From: Tubiluchus corallicola
Lineage: Eukaryota; Animalia; Priapulida
Length of the DNA: 64,000 nt
Assembly: GCA_030141605.1 (NCBI GenBank)
Contig: JAQGDQ010002379.1
Coordinates: 186,001 to 250,000, forward strand
Direction: 5' to 3'
In this document: positions 54,886 through 64,000 of the stretch, in pieces
How positions within the stretch are numbered: position 1 is the stretch's first letter
How the letters are laid out: each line of letters opens with the position of its first letter
Made by a program: the position numbers and the translations under genes
The notes under the pieces: generated by a model
What the model was told of the DNA's origin: nothing
What the model saw: only the letters and a program-made list of their open reading frames with translations
Databases searched by the model: none

Positions 54886-55642
54886 TAGGACCGGCTTTAC
54901 CACCAGGCAAACTAGACGGGTTGCCTAGGGCACCATTTTCTTAGAGGGGAGGGGCTCAAAATTCTGGAAGTGATTCCTTATTTTTAAGTTTAGTATAAGC
55001 AATAACATAGTGATTGACACGTTACCAAGTTCTTGTCCACAGTTTATATTGTAGGCATAGGGCAGCAGCCAAAGTAACGACTCCTTTCCTTAACAGAAAA
55101 GTTCCTTGCATTAGCATTTATCTAATCGTGGCAGATAGACTTGTAAGAGTCGAAGCTTTCAGTAGCATAATACACGAAACAAAAAGTAAAAGAAGCTGGT
55201 GGACAGTGAACAGCAACAAAATCTTAAAAGAGAGTATTTACAACCAGACCAGAGTTATATGGTTGTGAAGATGATGATGCTAATGGAATGGACGTATGTG
55301 AAAAAGAGGAGTCAGAAGACTCAGTCACTGTTCTCTGATGATAAGGCTGAAGGAAAATCTAGCCATGAATATGAACATGAAGGCTGCGCGGCTGAAATTG
55401 TAGAAATATTGATTGCTCGTGAAGACCCAGGACGTACAATGATGTCAATTTCAAATGTAGTTGTAGAGTGGTAGTTAACTTCAGTTAATCAGTACACAAT
55501 AATGTATAGGCCCAACACACAAGTACCATTAATACTTTAATATATACAACAAAAACACAATTTTGTAGTGGTTGTATGACGTATGTGTGGGGGATTAAAA
55601 ATACTTTTGGCTAGGGCGTCAAATGACCTAGAACCCGCCCAA
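54886..55642 (+). mobile_element. hAT-superfamily non-autonomous element
   Basis: TSD CTTGTCGT / CTTGTCAT (7 of 8); termini TAGGACCGGCTTTA / TAGAACCCGCCCAA; CTAGGGC motifs near both ends. Confidence 0.7.
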
Positions 55643-55684
55643 CTTGTCATTAAAGCTGACACAAAATTAGCACTTTCAAGTGTG

Positions 55685-55795
55685 ATGTATAGCCGAGTGG
55701 TCACGGACGGAATGAGCTGTTAGTGACCAAAATTAAGAATGGTCAGTCGAAGCTGGTCAGTTAAGGATGGGTGATCACCTGGTTCAATACTTGCT
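55685..55795 (+). mobile_element. Degenerate SINE head with tRNA A-box and 5S-like internal control region
   Basis: TAGCCGAGTGGT followed by AATTAAG...CTGGTCAGTTAAGGATGGGTGATCACCTGG, resembling 5S GTTAAG...CTGGTTAGTACTTGGATGGGTGACCGCCTGG. Confidence 0.5.
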
Positions 55796-56001
55796 CGGGA
55801 TAGTTTTGCGATATTGGTTGTTTTCCTCTTGTGGCTAAAATATCTCTGCAAATTTTTTTAGTGTGTCAACTTAGATGCGTAGCCTTGATGATGAATCAGG
55901 CTCTGATCTTGCCACAACCATCTAAATTAAATATATTCCACCTTTTGACACTTGCACTATTGTCAAATCATAAAAAACGCTAGTTTTATAGCAGGGGCTG
56001 C

Positions 56002-56032
<31 letters not shown>

Positions 56033-56627
56033 TCTGCTGCTACCGTTTTCGCTGTTGTTGCTGCTATTGTTGTCTTATTTTATCGTTGTTGTTGTTATTG
56101 TTTTTGTTGTTATATCGTTGCTGCTGTTGTTTCTGTCGCTATCGTTGTCGTTGTCGTCGTCGTTCTTGTTGTTGTCATTGTCGTTACCATTGTCGCTGTC
56201 GCTGTTGTTGTTCCTGTTATTTTTTGCAATTACTGCTGTTGTTGTTGCCGTTGCTGTGATTTTCTGGAATTTGTGAGTAAATAAAAACCCGCCATTGCTT
56301 ATGTGTAACTCCATTTTATACCAAACGTGCTCAGGTGTCACAGTTCTCTCATGTTCTCAATATTCCCATAGCGCACCTGCTAGTGTTTGTGTTGGACCAT
56401 AAATCAAACTAATTAGCGCGATCGCAAATTATTAGCTAGCTACATTGCTTCTATGATGTGCTTAATTAGCTCCTATAGCTCATCTGTTGTATCTACAAAT
56501 GCAAGATTGCATTATAACTGATTATAGATAACAGCGTAGATGGATTTACAATCTGGAACAAAATGTACGTCATAAGCGAAAAGCTACATGGGAGCAAGAA
56601 AAGAAGAAAACATCAAGAGAAAAACTG

Positions 56628-56995
56628 CTTATTTATTTATTTATTCTATTTTAATCACACCCAATAGTAAAATAGAGTCTACAATAAAAACAATATAATA
56701 TAAAACACGTTGGCAAAGAACATACAAATAAAATATTTACAAGAGTGTGGTAAAGACACAAAGATATTAACTGCTTACATGTGTCCGTTGTGTACAAGGA
56801 ATTTATGCAAGTTAACTTTATATAGGCGGTTTTTAAATAACTTAATATTTTATGCAGTTACGTGGGGTACACCATCAACATATGCAGGCAGTGAGTTCCA
56901 AATCGGTACAACACGATTTGAGAAAAATTGACCAAATGATACTTTAGCTCTTCGACGCACGAAAAGCTTGTTTACTGTTAGGATAGTTGCTACAA
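56628..56995 (-). mobile_element. CR1 LINE 3' end
   Basis: LFVRRRAKVSFGQFFSNRVVPIWNSLP...FKNRL, the CR1 FF..RV...WN.LP motif; (AAAT)n tail near 56630. Confidence 0.85.
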
Positions 56996-57004
56996 TTAAG
57001 TTTA

Positions 57005-57515
57005 AGTTTATTACACACCAAATGAGAAGTAAACAATATACATTAAGATACATACATATACATACAAACATATACATCATATAAAAACATGCTATACACA
57101 TTAAATTACGTACATACACAAAAAGCAGCATGATAATGAGGGGCGGTGTGGGGGAGACACGAAAAGCAAATGCTTCTTACATGTGCCTGTTAAATACTAA
57201 GAAAGCATTTAGATCGACATAATTTAGTCGCCGTATAAAAAAAGTTTGCATTGCGAGCTTTTGCTAATGGTGCATCATTTACAATTTCTGGTAAACTACT
57301 CCAAATCGAAAAAAATGACCAAATATTTTTAGCAGATCGCTTGACATACATTTTAAGTGAGTTGGTACTTCTTGTCCGACTAGATGTAGCAAATGAGAAA
57401 AATTTATCTCTGTCTATATCTACGTCTTTATGTATGATTTGATAACACAGTATAAATCTTTATCTAACCGTCTTTCCTCTAATGATCTAAGAGTTAGAAA
57501 GTTCAATCGTAACGG
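57005..57515 (-). mobile_element. Second, degenerate CR1 LINE 3' end
   Basis: LNFLTLRSLEERRLDKDL (CR1 L..LE.RR...DL motif); shares 3' UTR motifs TTACATGTG and ACACC.AAT with the adjacent copy. Confidence 0.65.
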
Positions 57516-58399
57516 ATTTGACAAATAAGTAATGTTACCTGCCAGTTTGAATAGTTGGATTCACAGCGTCGATCACCGCAACATATTCTTGGGTTGATAC
57601 GAAACGCGTAACGATATAAAAATCGCATTACGTGACTCAGTGACTCAGTGATACATTAATTAACAACATAGGTAAAACAGTAATAATAACTATTTATGTA
57701 ACTATGATGTGAAGTTGAAATTGTGATTAAAGTGAAAGTTGTCGTGTTTTCAAACTTTCATTTCTTTCCCTTATAACTCTTTTACTTGAATTGAAACTTC
57801 ATTTAACTTTTTATTGGTAATCTTCTTATTGATTATAGCTATAAAATTTTACTGTTTACTTTTTACTCGTGTAGTTATTTCTTGTGCCTAATAAATAAAT
57901 AATAAATAATAAAAACGGTACTGTGTACTGTGTCAGCGTTGACTTCTCTTGCAGCAGCTTTATCTTCAAAGTTATACCCCCCCCCCCCAACCGAAAATAT
58001 TACAGAGCTGAGCGTATACTGTAACGGACCAAGAAATACACAGCAGTCAACATGTCATTTGAACCAATAGCCGTTATGGTTGGCTGTTAGGAACTGCTTA
58101 CAGCACTTCAATTTGCCGTGTATCATTTCACATTTGCAACTTAAACTCTGTGAAATAAGCAGTAATTGGAATAATGATATTTTACCCTTAGTGGTAATAA
58201 CAGTAATGTGCTTGCCCTTGAGGGACATTGTGCTTTTATAAGTAGCAGCTAAAATGTTACAACACAAATGGACCGCCGAGTGGCATTAGCAGGCAGAAGA
58301 TGGCAATCGCGTTGAAGGAAGACAATGAAGACGAAGAGGTTTAACTTCATCTGCGTCCAGAAGCATTAATCGTAATATCATGAAAGATATACGAAGCTG

Positions 58400-59520
58400 T
58401 CTAGCTACCTACATAGCCACCCACCTAACTTCCTGCCTACCCACAGTCTGCCAACCTGCCTACCTACCTATAGGCACATCCTACTTACCTACCAACCCTC
58501 TGCCTTCTTACCCACCTACCTACCTTCCTACCGACTTACCTACCGACCGACTGACCTACCTACCTATACCTAAATGCCTACCTACCTGCCTACTTAGCTG
58601 CCTACCTAGATACCTGCTTTGCCTACCTATATGTACATCCTACTTACCTACCTACGCCCTGCCTTCTTACCTACTTACCTGCCTGCCTACCTACCTATCT
58701 ACCAACCAACCTACCTTCCTACCCACCTACCTACCTACCTAACTAACAACCTATTGTTCGTATGCCTGCCTGCCTGCCTGCCTATTCCCTGTTTGTACTA
58801 TTCCCCTATATACCTGACCAGCTACTTACCTACGTATTTACCTACCTGCTTACCTTCTTACATACTACTTAGTACCCACTTACCTACCTGCCTACTTAGC
58901 TGCCTACCTAGATACCTGCTTTGCCTACCTATATGTACATCCTACTTACCTACCTACGCCCTGCCTTCTTACCTACTTACCTGCCTGCCTACCTACCTAT
59001 CTACCAACCAACCTACCTTCCTACCCACCTACCTACCTACCTAACTAACAACCTATTGTTCGTATGCCTGCCTGCCTGCCTGCCTATTCCCTGTTTGTAC
59101 TATTCCCCTATATACCTGACCAGCTACTTACCTACGTATTTACCTACCTGCTTACCTTCTTACATACTACTTAGTACCCACTTACCTACCTGCCTACTTA
59201 GCTGCCTACCTAGATACCTGCTTTGCCTACCTATATGTACATCCTACTTACCTACCTACGCCCTGCCTTCTTACCTACTTACCTGCCTGCCTACCTACCT
59301 ATCTACCAACCAACCTACCTTCCTACCCACCTACCTACCTACCTGCCTACCTAACTAACAACCTATTGTTCGTATGCCTGCCTGCCTGCCTATTCCCTGT
59401 TTGTTACTATTCCCCTATATACCTGACCAGCTGCTTACCTACGTATTTACCTACCTGCTTACCTTCTTACATACTACTTAGTACCCACTTACCTACCTGC
59501 CTAGTGCCTACGTACTTACC
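58400..59520. repeat. (CCTA/CCTG)n-derived satellite with 302-bp higher-order repeat, about 3 copies
   Basis: Identical blocks offset by 302 bp (ORFs at 58619 and 58921 translate identically). Confidence 0.95.
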
Positions 59521-61624
59521 CAATAGTGAGGCACATGCTTACTTAACACTAGGGCAGCACAGATCTAAAATTCTTTTGGAGTAAGTCTTACGAAACTGGC
59601 TCCACTATAACTTCCTACCTACCTAGGCAATTACTACTGCCCTGCTTTTCTGTGGTTCCTGCACCTAACGGTTGTCTATAGTTTGGTAAACAATGTGGAA
59701 AAGGCATCAACGCATCACTAAATCAGTATAGCGATAGATGATTATACGGTCGCGTATGTCAGTCCCTATTCCCCATACCATTCTAAATCTTTTATTACTC
59801 GAGATTATACAATCCCCAGTTGATAGGATGCGTGTCATACCCAATTTGCTGTGATTAAACTATTCAAGCGACAGATAAGATCGAACAAGAGGCTTACTTC
59901 CACAGAAGCGCGCAAGAATAAGTGACAATTCTCACATGAATTCGTGAACAAGGCACAGAGTCTATTGGCGTATAATGGTTTTTACATATCAGAAGGTTAT
60001 TTGTCAAGATGGGTTACCATCCTCATAAGACATGGCGCCTTTAATCATATTTCCCTTTTAGTAATTGCAATCTTAAAGCAATCAAGCACTTCCTGGATGT
60101 GCTTCTGAGTTTTCAAATCTTTTTGAACAATTCTGGCGTGCCCTACGTGTCCAGAAATACTAAACGTTATTTTACATCTACAATACTTGGCTGAAACAAA
60201 TAGTGAAGAAAAATGTTGGATTTTTTATTTTCGTTTGCCCGTGCAAGCCGACCAGCATTCAGAATAAAGGCAGCAAACACGATTTGGTAAAAATTACATT
60301 CTGTAGTAAACCGGAACTGTTACTGTTCACAGAGGAATGCTGACCTAGCATTGATCACTAAGTAAATTTATTCTCTATAGTCTTGGGGCTACTACTTAAT
60401 CCCTGAAGAAGCTTGGGTAGCTTTATCCAAATAAGGAAAGATTTCTAAAACGGCAGAATTGTCAGATGTTCAAATGCTTAGCAGGTACTAACCAGAACGA
60501 GTGCTGCTTCACTTTGAAAAACTTTGAGGTTATGACGCCAATCTGACTCATCGTGGTACATGTATGTAAATAATGTACTTTCTCAGTATAGTATAGTCTT
60601 GGCCTAGTACATGCTTCATACTTAAATAATCCATACTAGACCAGTGTACCGTGTAGACCACGTGGTGTACTGCTTGGTTTTTTTTATCTGCCTTAAGCCG
60701 TACCACATATATATATACATTGTAATGTACAATGACTCCTGCTTTTAATCGAGAACAGAGAAAGGAAAGAGTGAATGAGCGAGAGAAGGAAAAAGAAATC
60801 AGAGATAGACAAAAGAAATTTAAAATTCAAAATTTTTAAGAAAAATAAACGTGACTAATTTATTTCTACTGGGAGTCCAGTTGTTCAGAGGCTAAAATTG
60901 GACATTGTCCAAAAATCAGATGGATTTTGGTCAAAATATGCGTGAGGAAGGCGTGATTCCGCGCATATTTTGTATCATTTTTCGAAAAATGGGTTATTTG
61001 TACATGGATGGGAACCTAATACGTTGGTAAACATCAGACGATGATACATTTAATGTACGATCTATAATGTAGTCAGGTACAGGCATGCCACATTGCGTGT
61101 ACATTATAAATGCACTTTACCTATATGTTGGTATTAGCAAATTACGAGTAGCGCATTGCGTTAGTGAACCGCCTCCGTTCTATAACTGCGCCGAGGCTTT
61201 TGTTTGCTAAACAATTTTTCCCCAGGAAAATCAAAAAGTTCGTGTAATCTTTTGTCGTGAGATTATTCATACATTCACGCACCTGCATAGTGTATTTGTT
61301 TTGAAATAACGCCAGTCTAGCAGGTTCGTTGTGAAAGAAAATAGCAGCAAAGTTTATTAAATTTTCAGAGGAATTTACGTTATTAGAGTGAAGCCTTTGT
61401 ACCTTTTAGCTGATAATGTTGTCAATATATAGTATTACAAAAAACTTAATCGAGCGCGCAATTCTGATAAGGTTAATTTTCGTGCCAGGACAAGCTACCT
61501 CATACTATGCTCCTAAAAATAAAATAATATATTCGTTTAATATATTAAGATTAGTTCCAAAGCTTCACAACAGGACTGAGGCATCCAAGGCGTAGCAACA
61601 AGAACTTATTTATATAAGGAAGCC

Positions 61625-61627
<3 letters not shown>

Positions 61628-61667
<40 letters not shown>

Positions 61668-61743
61668 TCTTTCTTTCTCTCTCTTTCTCCCCTCTCTCTT
61701 TCTCTCTCTCTCTCTTCATCACTCTCTCTCCCCTCTCTCTCCC

Positions 61744-61794
<51 letters not shown>

Positions 61795-61862
61795 ACTCTC
61801 TTTCTCTCTTTCTCTTACTCCCTCCTGTCTCTCTCTCTTTCTCTCTGTCTCTCTCTCTCTTT

Positions 61863-61938
<76 letters not shown>

Positions 61939-61995
61939 TCTCTCTCTCTGTCTCCTTCTCTCTCTCCCCATTCTCTCCCTTTTATTTTCTCTCTT
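61628..61995. repeat. (CT)n-rich polypyrimidine microsatellite
   Basis: Direct observation. Confidence 0.95.
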
Positions 61996-63830
61996 CATCA
62001 CGGAATAGTAAGCAGTATCAATAATGTGCACACGTTCCACACAGTGTTCGTTACATATGACAAACACATTTTTTAAAATTTATCCTGCAGACCTGCATAC
62101 TTTACAGTTTAGTACTTTATGTAGTTGGTCATATTTACTGCCACTGATATTTATGACGAAGCAAAAAACCTTCATAAATCATAAACAATAATATCAAGTA
62201 ATCAGGCCTCATATTATTTGAAAGGTTTCATCTATTTTATACAATCTGCATGCGAGCCAAAACTGTTTAAATAATAGTTTACATCAGTTCCATAATATTA
62301 TTAATTTCACATATAACTGAAGGGTTTCACATTAAACTGCATGAAACACAATCATGTGGTGAATTGTTATTAGAGAAGAGTAATTTCAGGATAAACTTTA
62401 CCTAAACTGACCTGGCTCGGTGGTGGTATGCGATCGTGCCATTATTATTCGCTGGTATCAAATTACGAAGCGTCAATAAAATACAAAATTAGAAATTTTC
62501 TGCATCGTCGAAAATGGCTGCTAAACTCGCTGAATAGCTAGAGAATAATTTGACATATATCAGTAAAATCGAGGTGAATCCGTTGAGAAAAAACCGTAAA
62601 ATATGAAAAAATAACCAAATATTTCGCTCCTACCCAATGAATAGTTTCACAAAATAAAAAATGTTCGTCCTGCTGTAGAAAGTTTGTAATAAATACACAA
62701 TTAACTAGATACACTATAGATTTAATAACCACTTATTTCGAAAGGTCTTAATTGTTCTGACTATTTAAATTACAGGCCAAAAAATAAAATAAAACAATGC
62801 ATAGCTTCGTAATTTACGATACGTCGTGGTACAACGTACATAAACTACATAAACTAATTCACGTCGTTATCTAATTATATTGAACCATTAATATTGCTTT
62901 CTCTTACTTATATGTTTTTCAAGCTAAAGAAATAGCTTTTTGGTGCGTTATAAATCAAAAACTGTTTTAAGTTGTTTTGTGTCAACTTCATCTCAAAAAC
63001 AGCAAAACTTCTGAACTAAATAAAACAGTAAACACTCTATAAGCACTAGGAAAATAAACTGTTACAAGCGTTTTGCAAAAATAAACTGTTACAAGCGTTT
63101 TGCAAAGACGGTGTTTTCTACACGTAATTTTGCCCACAGATATTTTATCTGCAAAAAGCAACGAAACATAAGCTTATCATTGGTACTTGGCATTCTAATT
63201 AAGTAATATTTTTTATTTAAATAGGACAGCATTAGTTTCCAAACTGCACAACAATATTGAAGCGATCTTCGCAAGAGTTTACTTAACTGACATCGTACTT
63301 GGTGCATTGACTTTAAGTCTAACTCCTGTGTACGACATATATAAAAATATATTTTATGTTTCTTATCAATGTGCCGCCTCTCCATATATTTATCCGGATG
63401 TTGTTACGTTTTTACTTTAGATAGAAAGTGATCTTGAACTACGCCGTTAGTTCCATTTTCCAAAATCAAAGGTAAAAAAGGTTTCACAGGCCCAACTGTT
63501 GGTTTTCTAGCTTCGCAGTATAGCAGACATAACATATTTTAAAACAGAATGATCAGTTAAGGTGTATATGTACAGAGGGTGATCTGGTTACACTGTAAGA
63601 GCTGAGCAAATTTACGGATGCGTGAAAATAAACAATAGATTTAATATGATAGCATTGTGAACAGAGATGGACAGCTCGTGGAACGAGGGTCATTTGTTTT
63701 TCCACTCGTTGTTGGTTTTGTCATTAAATGCTGGTTAAATTCACAAGTGAGAACTTTAATTACCGTCACAGGGCTTTCTCGGGTTTATTTAAAGTTCACT
63801 GATTGTCTTCGTGTTAACTGTTGTTAAATG

Positions 63831-64000
63831 CAGGGCCTATTTCAGCCTAAGCGAGGCCCCCTGGGGGGGGGGGGGGCGTTGGACGGGCGCCACCATGGTT
63901 GGCGCCCAGAAAATTTTTGAACTGCTAGAACGCCGGAGAAGTATTTTCGAAGAGAAAATATGAAGTTATACAGTTGTTAAAGGAAAGAACAATTGAAAGA
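63831..64000 (+). mobile_element. Probable left end of a hAT-like MITE (runs off the window)
   Basis: CAGGGCCTATTTCAG start, GAGGCCCC motif, poly-G and GGCGCC repeats as in the other hAT MITEs here. Confidence 0.4.

Larger units (their letters stand above)
54560..56130. repeat. Inverted repeat with ~250-bp arms (54560-54805 and 55835-56130)
   Basis: CTAGCGTTTTT..TTTGACAATAGTGCAAGTGTCAA..TTTAATTTAGATGGTTGTGGCAA..GCATCTAAGTTGA..GCAGAGATATTTTAG is reverse-complemented in 55835-55990. Confidence 0.9.

Noticed and set aside
57615-57650. TATA-like plus tandem AP-1 sites (TGACTCA x2); CRE palindromes at 10078 and near 40514
   Set aside because: Short motifs expected by chance or by a micro-duplication; no transcription start evidence.
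60401-60440. Hammerhead ribozyme core candidates (CTGAAGA here; CTGATGA near 1882, 8392, 55335)
   Set aside because: No correctly placed GAAA after stem II and no stems I/III visible.

Overview
AT-rich, microsatellite-dense eukaryotic (invertebrate-type) genomic DNA with no prokaryotic features. Only one host coding exon is well supported: the first coding exon of a rhodopsin-class neuropeptide GPCR of the SIFamide/NPFF receptor family (minus strand, ATG 19634, GT donor after 19364, AG acceptor before 19747). I could not find its later exons in 1-19363, so most of the window is probably large introns or upstream DNA. The remainder is a mobile-element graveyard: 5'-truncated RTE and CR1/L2 LINE ends, five TTAA-flanked Kolobok-like non-autonomous elements, hAT MITEs with 8-bp TSDs, a Mutator-like MITE with a perfect 9-bp TSD, tRNA-derived SINE heads, minisatellites, and a ~950-bp inverted duplication with copies 52 kb apart. 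The most notable object is a ~570-bp 5S-rRNA-headed SINE3-type retroposon (37910-38479, minus) with a GC-rich body and (CAA)n tail. Nearly all long ORFs in the supplied track are microsatellite artefacts. All alignments and identities were made by eye; family names are recalled, not database-verified. I found no clear evidence for a novel protein-coding system.
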